Part shown: piece after piece, positions 28,901 to 44,400 of the stretch | Position numbering within the stretch: position 1 is the stretch's first letter | Layout of the letters: every line of letters begins with the position of its first letter | Assembly: GCA_046563655.1 (NCBI GenBank) | Contig: CM102286.1 | Coordinates: forward strand, 13,330,001-13,394,000 | Origin: Yuukianura sp. NJ FZ-2021 | Lineage: Eukaryota | Direction: 5' to 3' | Length of the DNA: 64,000 nucleotides | Position numbers and translations under genes: made by a program | Notes under the pieces: model-generated | Seen by the model: only the letters and a program-made list of their open reading frames with translations | The model's database searches: none | What the model was told of the DNA's origin: nothing

Positions 28901-30864
28901 GGCAGATCCGTCCAGTCAAACTAAGAAATGGTGCAAGAGAAGAGGATTTGAAGAACAGCGATTTTATGAAATGACGAAATTGAGACAACAGTTCAAGTCT
29001 TTGCTGCTGGTTCGAGTTTTACTAAAAAATTTTGTGACTTTGTTTCGTTTTGCATTTGACATTTCAGGATTCCAAACTGATAAGCGATAGAAAGCAAGGC
29101 GAGATGAGCAGCAGCGAGAGGTCGATGAGGCATGGAGAGCTGAAGCACTTGAGATCGCTGAAGAAGGAATTCCATATGGCAGCTCCAAGGAAGAAGAAAA
29201 TTCTGAAGTTTGAAGATGGAGTTGATGCTGGAGACTTGTCCGATGGAGGTCAAGGAGATGACAACATTGACATTCGAGACGTCGAGTTTCGACTGAGAAA
29301 TGATCACAAGCAAGTGAAGGTTGGTGGCCACATAAAATTTTAATTAATATATAATATATTATATTGTTATCATACATAATTAGTTTAATTACAGAAAATG
29401 TTTGTATTTCACACTGCTAGGATCTTCTGCATCAAAGTACTGCTTATGGCCATGAAGACTTGGTGATGTTGAAAGTCATTTTGTGCAGTGGAATTTACCC
29501 ACAACTTGGTGTTCCCGACGATTTCAACAAATTCAAGGTAACTTAAAACTAATCCAAAATCTCAAATTAATCACTAATTCTATTTTCTAATTCTAACTCT
29601 CACCTTGACCTTCTCTTTTACAGGGAGATGCTGAGCAAGTATATCACACAAGAGGAAAGGGATTCACTGTGCTTCATCCAATGGGAATCTTCGCAAACAA
29701 CGGAGATGTTCTACGCTTAACGGACAGCGATATTATACTTGTCCCGCACATGAATACCAAGCTACCGGTTAGCTCCAAGCATCAAGTCGTCTGCTACATG
29801 TAAGTACTGAAATATTTAACATTTGGATAACTTGAGGCAAGTTTATCTCGAGCTTTCATTGTATACAGGAACTTGCTCGAAACAAACAAACCCTACCTGA
29901 TGAACACCTTTAGGATGCCGGCTATCCAGACGCTACTTTTGTTCGGACATTCAATCGACACGGATCCGAATTTTACCAGATTCGTATTCGATTCATGGCT
30001 AGAGGTGGAGTTTGCGGATGGAGCTTCAGCCAGATCTCTTTGCGTCACAGCAATGGAGCTGAGAGAAACTTGGTTGAAGTTGTTGGATCAACGTCTCACT
30101 CAGAGTAAGAACAAAAAGTTGAACTCAAACTAATTGAAAAGAATACTTATGTTAGCATAAGCACGTCCATGACGTTTTTTAGAAGATGAAGCGATAACTC
30201 CAGCCGAGCGAAGGGCTGGAAGGGAACTTTGCAGCGATTTAGTAACATTTCTTAGAAGCGAAACGTTTTATACCCTGCGAAGACTACTTCCAGCTGACCA
30301 AAAAGATATGTATAATCGGAGCTACATCCCGGATTTAGAAAAATTAGGAGACACTGAAGGACTGGAGCTGAAGAATAACTTGGCCAAGGGAGGAGTTAGC
30401 TTGACACCTTATCTGAACTACGGCTGGTAAGACAGTACAATATACTGTCAGTACATTCTAACAACAACTGTCGATGGTTTAGAAATCAGAAAATCTAAAT
30501 ACTTTTCAAATATTTTCCGTAGTTTGTATGGTGAGATCCCTGACGATGAGCTTTGGGAATGTCCGATTTGTGAGCTCAGCATAAACGGTTCACCGTTGGA
30601 ACTTCTAAGCCACCAAGTTCTTTGTAGAAGGAGTAAGGCAAAATTTCCAAAAACGTTTCTGAAAAAAATCATTTCGAAAATTCATATTTTTTTTTGAAAA
30701 TTTTAGAAACCGAAGATTCGAAAAAAGAAGCCGAAGAGGAATTGAATGCAAAACCGTATTCAAAGTTGTTTGTCTGTCCGGTCTGTCAACTGACTAAACA
30801 TTTAACGCCAATAGAAATACTTCGGCATAGAAAAGAACACAGTAAGTCAGATACTGAAAAGTAA
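25910..30864 (+). CDS. DHX34: DEAH-box RNA helicase DHX34 (SMGL-2), ~1185 aa, 19 coding exons
   Basis: Exons 25910-26441, 26523-26679, 26757-26825, 26901-26950, 27026-27171, 27235-27255, 27344-27547, 27609-27741, 27818-27966, 28035-28454, 28541-28735, 28821-29009, 29068-29319, 29421-29537, 29624-29799, 29869-30104, 30183-30426, 30523-30632, 30707-30864 join via GT-AG introns into 3558 nt of open frame. Helicase motifs: [45 protein letters not shown]34-type features: [23 protein letters not shown], and C-terminal CPIC..H..C and CPVC..H...H zinc-finger-like motifs. Confidence 0.93.
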
Positions 30865-30912
30865 TTTTTATTAAAATAGTTATCACATTATAATTATAAA
30901 TTATAACTATTA

Positions 30913-32457
30913 TTAACAAATTTCGAAGTTATCCATTTCGTCAAAATTGGTTGGAAAAACAGGATATAACGGTGGAATAGGATTTGGTTTAGCGTACGGT
31001 TCCATAAACTTGAGTGGTGTCTTTTCCTTCAACGTGTTTTTGAAAATCTAAACAAAAGGGAACGAACAGTTGACAATTAATCGATTAATTTGAGTTTAAA
31101 TCAACCTTACATCGTCCCAGCCGTAGTATAAGGTTTCATCGAGATCTTTTTCCAGCTTTCCAATTGGTTTCTGGATAAACTTGGCTCGATTGGCAATTTC
31201 CGGAATATAATGATTCTGTAACGCTTCAAACTCAAACAACATGCTATCGATTCCATGACTTTTCTGTGGATCGGGTTCATCGTGGTCGTAGGGGTCATGT
31301 TCATATACTGTTGGACCACCTTCTCGTTTGATCATCTTCTGAACGCCAGGATGCTGAACAAGGAGGTTATGGATGAAGTCAAAAATTAGTGGCAGAGAGT
31401 GCGCTGGGGCAGTGAGGGCCATCCGAGACAGTCGCTTCACGAAAGCTCCAACGAGGTATTCCGGTAAGTGTCTATCAGTTGAGCCAAACAATAGTTATAG
31501 TACTAGTACTTGAGCTTAATCGATTACCTGTACAGTTAATGTAAGTGTTTTATGGTTGGACTCCTTACGTGGATCTTAGAAATTCACTGGCGTAAACAAA
31601 GAAACGCGCTCTGTACTTTGCAAGGAGGATGGAAGGAGTAAACATGGAGTACAGCCGAGTATAAAAATCGGTGATTTCGCTAAAATGAACAGAACAAACA
31701 AGTGTTAGGTTGAATTCATGTTAAAATTACAAATTAAAGTTTTTGTACTTACAAATTATAAGTTGTCATCAGCACAAATATTCCTTGAAGCGCCATCAGA
31801 CTAAGCGGTCCTCCTAGAAATTCAGACTGAATTATTTATAGTTAGGTAGATATGAGGTATGACTTACCGAGATCGAAGGCAGATAGAAGATAGTCGCTCA
31901 TGTGCAACGGTTTTGTTAAATGTTTCATAACTTTTTCTGGTAAAAGAATTAGAATCTTTTTGTGAAGAAACTTGGGCTTGTTCTCCCATTTCATAACTTC
32001 AAACCAAAGTTGAGTAAAAAGTTTCTTGAATTCGGCATAATTCGCTGCGGGATCAGTAGTAGCTAATGGAGAATTTGGGTCATTGAAACTTGGTTCCGTC
32101 TCGTTGTTAATGCTGTTTAAGATTTCTTCGATAATTAGTAGACTGTTTGCGAGGTATTCTGCAGTATGTTGATCTTGTTTTCTCTCTTTGATCTTGTAAT
32201 GCAGTGTTCTGATAACTTCGAGCCTGACATCTGTGAAGGCTACAATTTTCACCAGTTCTTTTAAATCCGATTTCGTAAGCTTCTCAGACTCCAACAACTT
32301 CTCCAGTAGTTCCTGTTAAAAACGGGAGATTAAAATCAACCTATAAACCTATAAAAAAGAAAGTCTATTAGTACTTCAGCTGTTCTTACAATCAGCACAT
32401 TTGACATGCGAACCATGTTGACCATCCAATGGCTGTATTTCTCACACTGATCTTTAA
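30913..32457 (-). CDS. NOC4L: Nucleolar complex protein 4 homolog (CBF/Mak21 domain); 3' exons intact, 5' end unresolved or degenerate
   Basis: Minus-strand exons 32312-31868, 31813-31753, 31679-31569, 31471-31111, 31047-30913 splice in frame. They encode SDYLLSAFDLGGPLSLMALQGIFVLM, DFYTRLYSMF..KYRARFF..FLRSTHLPEYLVGAFVKRLSRMALTAP, HDPYD.DEPDP, SMLFEFEALQNHY.P, all typical of NOC4/NOC4L. A further piece at ~32457-32375 encodes EKYSHWM. The start codon is uncertain (nearest ATG 32425). Confidence 0.85.
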
Positions 32458-32730
32458 CTGTTACGGGACGACGCCAAATTGGCCCTCGATTGTTAAATTA
32501 CTAATTAATTAAATGCAAAACTTCAGAAATGCAAGATTTCAGCTTTCTTTCAACTTTCAGTATACACCTTAAAAAACAATACACGTGCTAAATGATTGTT
32601 GTGACTATTTATTTTTGGATCTCACTAAAACTCGGACTTGTGATTCTCCGGAAAGAGTTGCGAGAATTTGGAGGCGGTTTAAAAGCATCATAGGTTGGAT
32701 CAAATATTCCTCAAAAAACATATGTGAAGC

Positions 32731-32900
32731 CCAGTGTTGCTAGATATCCACTTTTTTGGCGTTTCGTCCAGTAGATATCCAGATATTTCATCCGGTTTTA
32801 CCCAGACGAAATGGCTGCATAGAGTGGTATAAATAGATACTCCCGGATACTTCCATCTGGTCCATGTTGAAGAAATATTATATTCATCCGACCACAGCGG
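32731..32900. mobile_element. ~170-bp MITE-like element with CAGTGTTG end; diverged inverted copy at 59782-59952
   Basis: Its reverse complement aligns colinearly with 59782-59952: TGGAAGTATCCGG~TGGAAGTATTCGG; CATTTCGTCTGGGTAAAACCGGATGAAA~CATTTCATCCGGATAAAACTGGACGAAA; ATCTACTGGACGAAACGCCAAAAAAGTGG~ATCCACTGGAAGAAATATCCAAAAAGTGG. Confidence 0.65.
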
Positions 32901-33181
32901 TTAGATTTGGTAAGCATCATAATTCTAAAGATTTGTTCACTGTTTTACTACTATTATACAACGGTTTAAATTCACGGACATGAGGGATATTTCCTTGTAC
33001 TTGGATATTATTCGTACAGTGGTATAAGTATGAAAAATCGCAACCACTCGATTTCGTCGCATGCTGAATCCGCTTCGGTGGTTTAGTGAGACCCCTGCTG
33101 TTATGAACAGCTGACTGATTGACAACAAATTGAAATTAAAATAGCGGGAAAGGACCAGGAGGTCCCAGAGGTTTCGGCGTT

Positions 33182-33731
33182 CAATTGGGTCGAAGTAAAC
33201 TTTGGTCCGCCGCCTGTCCCCACCCGTTCAAATTTTCGCGCTGCTTCCATTGTACCCACCCATTGTACCCACCGGGTGGAGACAAATGTCCCCACTTGGT
33301 GGGGACAAATCTGTACCCACCAGCCGTACACCGAGTCCCCCTAGCGGCTGAAGTGGAACTAGCGAATTCGAGCTGGCAACGTTGTGGCATTGCTCCATTG
33401 TACCCACCTAGGGCAGATGTAATCAACATAACGAAGCTCAATAAGTTAAACCTACAGACGTAATCAGTATTGCGTGCGTTACCAAACCTAACGCCGCGCC
33501 TTCGGCGCGGGAAAATATAACAGGATTTACATAATCAAAAAGTAAAAAAACGTTGCCAGCTTGAATTTAGAGGTTACTGTATTGCCGCTAGGTGGATCTA
33601 CTGCTTTTGGTTGTGGTGGGGACAAATGTATCCATTCAGTGGGGACAATGGGTGGGTACAATGTAAGCAGCGCGAAAATTTGAATGGGTGGGGACAGGCG
33701 GCGGACCAAAGTTTACTTCAACCTTCAATTG
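33182..33731. mobile_element. Foldback/MITE-like element with long terminal inverted repeats
   Basis: The left arm from 33182 (CAATTG..GAAGTAAACTTTGGTCCGCCGCCTGTCCCCACCCGTTCAAATTTTCGCGCTGCTTCCATTGTACCCACCCATTG) is the near-perfect reverse complement of ~33645-33731. Similarity continues with gaps to AGCTGGCAACG (33371-33381 / 33551-33561). Internal TGT(A/C)CCCAC sub-repeats; central hairpin at 33494-33510. No target-site duplication recognised. Confidence 0.8.
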
Positions 33732-33839
33732 CCCTAATTAATTGTTGTCAATTTTTAATTAGACTTAATTTTAAAATGGTTATTGCATTGTAATGAGGCC
33801 GCCACCGGTTGTCGTTTACTGTACTCACATCTTTTGTTT

Positions 33840-36800
33840 ATGGATGATCCTTGTCGCCTTGATTGGTGTGAAGAAAGACTATTCAGATGTCACACCCTCG
33901 TCGCCGCAGTGTCTCGATACTCAGGATCAGAATGGCATCGACTGGTTAGTCTTACTCATCTAATATGCATTGTTGGCTTATGGATTCTGACTACTGCCAT
34001 TGTTTTATTTAGTCCGAGCCGAGGTCTTTCCAGCCTACCAATTCACTATAACCGATCCGTCGATAAAATTGCTCTAATCATCATCGATGCCATGCGAGTT
34101 GACTTTATTTCTGAAAGTACTATGCCATACACTTCAGATTTGCTGGATCGAGCTTACGGCAGTCTGTTCAAAGTTAACGTAAAGTCCCCAACGGTAACCC
34201 TTCCAAGGATCAAGGTAAATTCCTATTTTGAATTGTGATTATATTATGTCGAAACTGTATTTACGTCTTTTTTTAAATGTTGGTTTCAGGCAATCGTTTC
34301 CGGCGAAATTTCAACGTATTGGGACATGATTCAAAACTTCAATTCGAAGGAGATGACGCATGACAACTTAATTTGGCATATTGTTCGAGACACGAACCAA
34401 AATATTGTATTTTATGGAGATGAGACTTGGCTTGCCCTCTTTCCTGACGAATTTACTAGATCCGAAGGAACCAATTCCTTCTTCGTTACGGATTTCTTCG
34501 AAGTCGATAACAACGTCACCCGGCATTTGCGGACAGAATTGGATGAGAAAACGGATTGGGATATGCTGATCCTTCATTACTTAGGACTCGATCACATTGG
34601 GCATGTCCATGGTCCAAAATCAACGCTTGTCCCAGGAAAATTGAGGGAGATGGATTCAGTTATAGAAAAGGTCTACACCTACTTGTCTAGTCTTGGCGGA
34701 CGATCCTATTTGTTTGTCTGTGGAGATCACGGAATGGCAAATATTGGAGGCCATGGAGGGAATAGCTACCACGAAACAACGACTCCGTTGATCGTGCTAT
34801 CAACGGTTGAGATGCAAAACCCGTAAGGTCAACGATGCTAATTGATTCTGTGAAAGCATTTATATGATTCGTGTTGTGTTCAGTTCTCAAAAGAATTGGC
34901 GAAACGTGGACGAAGTTTCTTGGATTCAGCAGACGGATATTGCGCCCACACTGTCCGCGCTATGGGGACTGACGTTTCCGGCCGGCAGTACAGGAGAAAT
35001 AATATGGCCAATCTTTGACCACCTCTCAAAATTGGAGAAGTTGTACCTCGCTAACTATAACGCACGACAGTTGAATAAGTTTACTGAAGACGAGCAATGT
35101 AAGTTGAGTTATGCAACTGTTCTCCATATTTCGTAACACTTTGAGTTAGTTTTAACATTTTCTAGTTTCTTCCGAATTTCAAGAAATTGCTGCTCATCAC
35201 TCTTCATACATCGCCTCGGACATGGACAACGATGAGGAAGGGGACGAAATTTTAACAAGTTACAAGAATCTAAATTCCAGAATGAGTCAGTTCGCCAATG
35301 ACCAATCAGGTCATCAAAATGTATTTCAAATGATATCCGGGATTTTGCTTAGTTTGCAAAATTCTGTAATCCTCTTCTCTGGGAACTCAACTCCAGTCCA
35401 CTTTCTTGAACTTTTTGTCTCAATATTCATCGCATCTCTATTCTACACCGAATGGATTTGCGGTATAACCGGCATTTTAGTACAACTCGTCATTCTTCTT
35501 CGATCATTGACAAGTTTAATCTATCTCCGTCATCAACTAAAGCATCACCACAAGACGCAGAAAGCCAAATCTCCGGGAAGTCTTCCATGGATCGAGTCCA
35601 TGCACTACTTGCTGCCACTTTCATACTTTTCGTCCAGCTTTATCGAAGAAGAACATTACCTCTGCTACTATTTCTGGGCAACCGGAATCATATACTTATT
35701 TTTCCAATTTGAAATTCCCAGCGTGGATCAATCAAAACAAAATTCTGAACATGGAGATCACTTTATCGTTGGTACAAAATTACCGAGAAGGAGAATCCGA
35801 GACTTTTGCTACATTCTGTTTCTGCTATTCGTCCACCGCATCGCTAGTGTTTGGAACCAAACGGGGGATAAGTGGAGCCATCTTGAAGACTTGGTCGATT
35901 ACCTAAAAGATTCAAAACTCATAACGGAAGTTATAATCCTGTCACTTCTTGGAATTTGTTGGATACGAAGACAAGAAAGAAACGTGCTGTACGTGTCCAT
36001 GTTACTTTTGGTGGCTCATCTGAAAACGAATATTGGAATTATCCCTCCAGATATTGAAAAGCTTCTACCTCATCCGGTTCATCTACTTCTAATACTGGCA
36101 GTATTATACTTCGTTCTACACTTCAAGGGAAGAGAAACGCCAGTATTTGTGTTCACAAATATTTTCATCGTATTTGTGGCAGTATTGCAGAAAGGGGAAA
36201 ACATTCCATTGGTGGCATTGGTTTTGGTGCAATGCAAAACTTTCGGTGCAATCCTTAGCCAAAACCTCTGGCAGCGCAGAAGACAATGCTTATGGATTCT
36301 AGTCATTTGGTTTTCTAGAGCAGCGTTCTTTTATCAGGTTAGTACCAATATCCATTTAAAAGTATCCCAGGTTCGTAATTTCCTGTTTTTGTTTAGGGAA
36401 ATTCCAACAGCATTACAACGATTGACGTTAACGCTGGATACATCGGTCTCAGTTCCTACAACGAAGTTTTGGTTGGATTCCTCATATTCTGCAATACGTT
36501 TTCACTGCCCAGTTTAGTCTTCTTGGTTTTGTCTCCGATTTGGAAAAACTGGACTTGCAACACCAGCTTGAGGTAAGTATAGCACCACAACCTAAACTAA
36601 ACTTCGTAAAATTATGTTATGTACGCTGGAATTTTAGTATTTTCCCCACTAGTTATGTGTAGTGTTGAATAAGATTTGTTTACATAATTTCCAGGACCGA
36701 TGACGAGCAGTATAGTTTGATCGTGACAGTGGCCAAGTCAAATGCAGTTACCGTAGGTGTATATTCCATCGCCGTTTTCATACTGCGACATCATTTGTTC

Positions 36801-36893
36801 ATTTGGAGTGTGTTCACTCCAAAGCTGTTTTACGTTATGGGTTTTACCATCTACTATGCTGTGATTTCTACAATTTATACGCTTACTAACTAA
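33840..36893 (+). CDS. PIGG: GPI ethanolamine phosphate transferase 2 (PIG-G/Gpi7), ~889 aa, 6 exons
   Basis: Exons 33840-34214, 34290-34822, 34884-35098, 35166-36337, 36397-36572, 36695-36893 give 2670 nt in frame. Motifs: IIDAMRVDF, PTVTLPRIKA, FYGDETWL.LFP, SFFVTDF.EVDNNVTRHL, LILHYLGLDHIGH..GP, CGDHGM...GGHGG, QTDIAPTL, SSSFIEEEH, WNQTGDKW, YQGNSNSITTID, RHHLFIWSVFTPK. Multi-pass hydrophobic C-terminal half. ATG 33840 is the first ATG in the frame. Confidence 0.92.
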
Positions 36894-37203
36894 CTACTAG
36901 TGAAATTAAATTATTTTTGTTGGGACTTGACAATCCTACAACAAGCAGGTTTGTTGGTAACAACATTGCGATTGGAGTGGAGGGCATCAACCTTATTGCC
37001 AGTCAGCATTTAAGGGCGAACGCTTCTTTTTGGCATTCACTTGCAGTTACTAATTCATTCCTTGACCTAAGAGTCAAGCGTCCAATGACTTCTCGGTTAC
37101 TGTCATAAGGTATACTTCGTACTGCGTTGCATGTTAATTACGGTAAGAATAATATTTTTGTTGTTGTTTTTGACATATGCTCGGCTACGTTATTTTTGTT
37201 TAG

Positions 37204-37539
37204 AGGGCAAAGGTCATTGACGTTGTTTGTTCCGAAATTATTGCCAAGTTAAAAACATCTCGAATGTTCTAGGCTGTTCTCGGTATCTCGGTACAATTTC
37301 ATTATAAAGTTAACGTTTCGTGGTATTTTTTGGTGATTCATCAGGAACTCATATGACTTGAAGTCGTTTCTATGCAGTTGTTTTTGCATCAATTTAAAAC
37401 GAAAGAGGCGGGTCATCCGGGGATTTGGTCGGATTTGATTGGCTGCGCACGGGGAAGCAGGACTCTGATTGGCTGGGAGGGAATTCGCAAGAAGGAATAA
37501 AGACCCCTGCACCACCACTGTTCTGCTCCAACTCAAATT

Positions 37540-37544
<5 letters not shown>
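37204..37544 (+). promoter_or_regulatory. Polyubiquitin promoter: heat-shock element, paired CCAAT boxes, AT-rich box/Inr, nuclear-receptor half-sites
   Basis: CTCGAATGTTCTAGGCTGTTCT (37259-37280) fits nGAAn-nTTCn-(gap)-nTTCn. TGATTGGCTG occurs twice, 30 bp apart (37436-37445, 37466-37475). AATAAAG at ~37496 and TCATTT at ~37539. AGGGCAaAGGTCAtTGACGT at 37204-37223. Confidence 0.6.
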
Positions 37545-41313
<3,769 letters not shown>

Positions 41314-41449
41314 ACTTCTCAACATCTCTACCTCAAAGCATCAAACCACAAAGAAACCACCGAATCTCAACAATACTCGAGCGTCTCATCCCATCATCAT
41401 CTAAATTTCTCGGAAGGAGTTAGTAATTGGTTGACTCATCGACATTATA

Positions 41450-41455
41450 AATAAA
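41450..41455 (+). terminator. Polyadenylation signal of the polyubiquitin gene
   Basis: AATAAA ~137 nt after the stop codon. Confidence 0.6.
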
Positions 41456-44400
41456 ATCTAAATTGGTTTATTTCGCTTAATCTAATAGACTCCAAACTAA
41501 AATCGGTTTGCAAAGTAAAATTGGAAAAGTTTGTTCCTATTCGGCCCTAACTTTGTGTTCCTAACTTTAATTTGGTGAAACTTTTATTTCTTGTTAGTCT
41601 AGTTTGGGAATTGGCTTCATTTGTGATTTTGAGGAGAAAGTGAAGGGTTGAAGATGATCTTGTTCTGGGGTGTCTCTTCCTCTTCATTAGCGGATTCTCT
41701 TATTAGATGACGCATTTAGTTCTAGTAGTTCCAATTAAAGCTGCTTATTGGTTGAATAGCAGTGAAAGTTGTTCTGATTGGTGGAAACTTTAAGTTCTCA
41801 GATCAGGATGTACAGCGTGACTCATAATTTCTGGAACAAAAAATATTTAGTGAAAGTGAAAGTGATAATTCCTAAAACCGTTAAAAGAATGAGAAGCTGA
41901 CGGTTTTTGGGCAAAGTGAAAGTAAAATGAGGACGATGCTGTAAAAAGTGAAAGTTGTTACGGATCATCCTGTACAAAATGTGGGTGAATCGTAATGTAC
42001 CAAAGTGAAAACTAATTATTTTCGGAAAGTGAAAGTTATTACGGATCGTGGTGTACAAGTGACATGAATCCCCTCGTTATCCGTCGTACCATCACTCCAT
42101 TGTCTCTGATTTTCCGTGTCTCCGTTCCAGGACATTGGATCTTATTAAGCATTGGGTTTTGTACCTGTTACCCGGGTTTTGTGACCAAGTGGACCCACTG
42201 TCTGTCATTATGAGAACAACATGGTGTCTGTCTATTGGTCTCATTAGGCTGTTCTAACAGCCACCAACTACAAAGCCAAAACCTCCATCATGTGAAAGTC
42301 ACCTTTCTCCAACATGCAACCAACGCTGTCTCCTTTGTTCTTTGTCTTCTCACGAAACAGGCTCCAATTTCAAACATTTCCCAGAAAGCTTCTCTCCCTT
42401 GTGTCATGACATAATTGGAAAGTTTAAGTGGATTTGCATCACTACTGCTACGATTGTCACTTTGGAATTGGAATCACCAACAACCTCTTTGTTCAGTACA
42501 ACTTTGATTTAAACTTGTGCTGTTTGAACTGTTGTGAAATTACTTGAAACCGGAATCAGATTTTTGAACTTCTGTTGAAATTAGTACTTCAAATTGCAAT
42601 CAAAGTTGAGCTTTTGCAAAAGGAAAAATCAGAACCGTCAAACAAACGAAAACGCCAAAAGAAAATTACAAAAAAAAATTTCTAAACAAAATCTCTGATT
42701 TCATTTTCCAGATTTCTGTTTTCCAAGTCCATTGTGAAACGAAACCGAATTTTGAAATTTTTAATTTTATTGGTTTGGTACTTATTATTAAAATGTTTCT
42801 GAATGTATTTAGCAAATTTTTTGGAAACTTTTGATGTAAACTTCAAGTTTTTCCTTCTGTCGTCACCTCTAAACTTTAACTGATTATCCATGAAGTTTCT
42901 TTGGAAGTGAAGCAATTTGGCTGGAGGAGAAGAACAATAAGAGAAAGTACTTTACTTTCACTTCCACTGGATCTCCTTGGATAGTGTTATTCAGATTACA
43001 GTCTGTTTAATGGAACAGGAACTTAAGACATTTGAAGTGTATTTATACTTATACTGGGAGGATTCCAAGTGAAAGTCCTCCTTCTTTTGTTATGTTTCCT
43101 TTATTAGAAAAGCTCAAGAACTTGTTCCGAGGAAACTCAATCTGACGCACTCGAGTCACAAGTCTGCGTAATTAAGTCTTATGTTAATTTGGAATTCAAC
43201 ACTCGACAAAGAACAAAAGTACTCGCAAACACAAAAGAACCAAGCATCTCTCTGAACGCAGACGCACAAATTACACATTTAGCATAAAAATGCAACAGCG
43301 TCTGTGCCAAAATTGAATTCAATTACTTAATCTTTCAACTCCAGTGCTATTACAAATGAAAGCAGTGAATTTTAAATAGTATTTTTTAACTATAATTTAT
43401 TTAATTTGGATCAATTAAGTTTGTTAAAGTTAGCGTTAACAAACCAGGGACCGTAGGCTATGTTTTTACTTGAAGTTAGACTTGTGCGTTGACCTTTGGA
43501 GGAAATTAGGATTGACCCTTAAGGGCCCTGAGCCTTATTAGAATTCGGATGGGCCCTTATTGACAGTAAGTGGATTCGGAGGTTGGAGGGAGAAGATGCG
43601 TTTAGACTCTACTGAGTTTGGTCTAATGAGCTGCTTTGAAAGTTGGGTTTTTTAGTTGAAAAGTCTTCACCCGGGTATTTTTTGGTGGTGCTGGGATGAG
43701 ATGGGCTGGAAAGCGGAGTAGCGGGAGTGGTAGTAGTGAAAAATCGATATGATTAACGCTAGTTTAGCATGATATGGTCCTTTGGAGCTCTCTCTGGTGA
43801 CTCCGCAGAAGTCCAAAGTAACCGAAGTGTAGTATGTTATAAAGGGGAGGGATGGAAGATCCTTGTTACTGCTTTACAACAGCTACTAGGAGTCGTCCAG
43901 AATTACCGTCCTTGTGCTTGTAGTGGGAAGGCGACTGTGCCCTCGTCAGTTGGTATCTGGCACTGCTCCGAGATTCAACTAAAACGACCTTCTCTGCTTT
44001 CACTGTGTTTTCCCCTCCACAAAAAACACATGTCACCAACAGCAGTTCCAACATTCTGGGAAGTTGTGTAAGGTAGAATGTATCCCTCGTGAACACTTTT
44101 GCAAAATTGCTAACTAAACTTATTGTGAAAGTGAAAGTTGACATAATTGAGGATTAAGCTACGCTAAACTAAGAACGGAGAAAGTTAGTCCTGTTGGCGC
44201 TAAAACGGAAATTGAATTTAAAATTCAAAAAATTGTAAGCATTTCATCAAAAGTTTGAAAACGGCGAGCATTTTTGACAACATTTTTAATTTTTGAACAG
44301 ACAAGGAATTTCTGTACAAAGGAAACTTTTGAAATTTTAGAAAATTGAAAAAAGTGAAAGCGTTGATTTTGAAAATTGAAAAGTAGGCCACATAGTGACA

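Noticed and set aside
33101..33793. Mirror-image ORFs sharing NGWVQ..QRENLNGWGQAADQSLL
   Set aside because: They arise from the two arms of the inverted repeat; no transposase or other coding signal.
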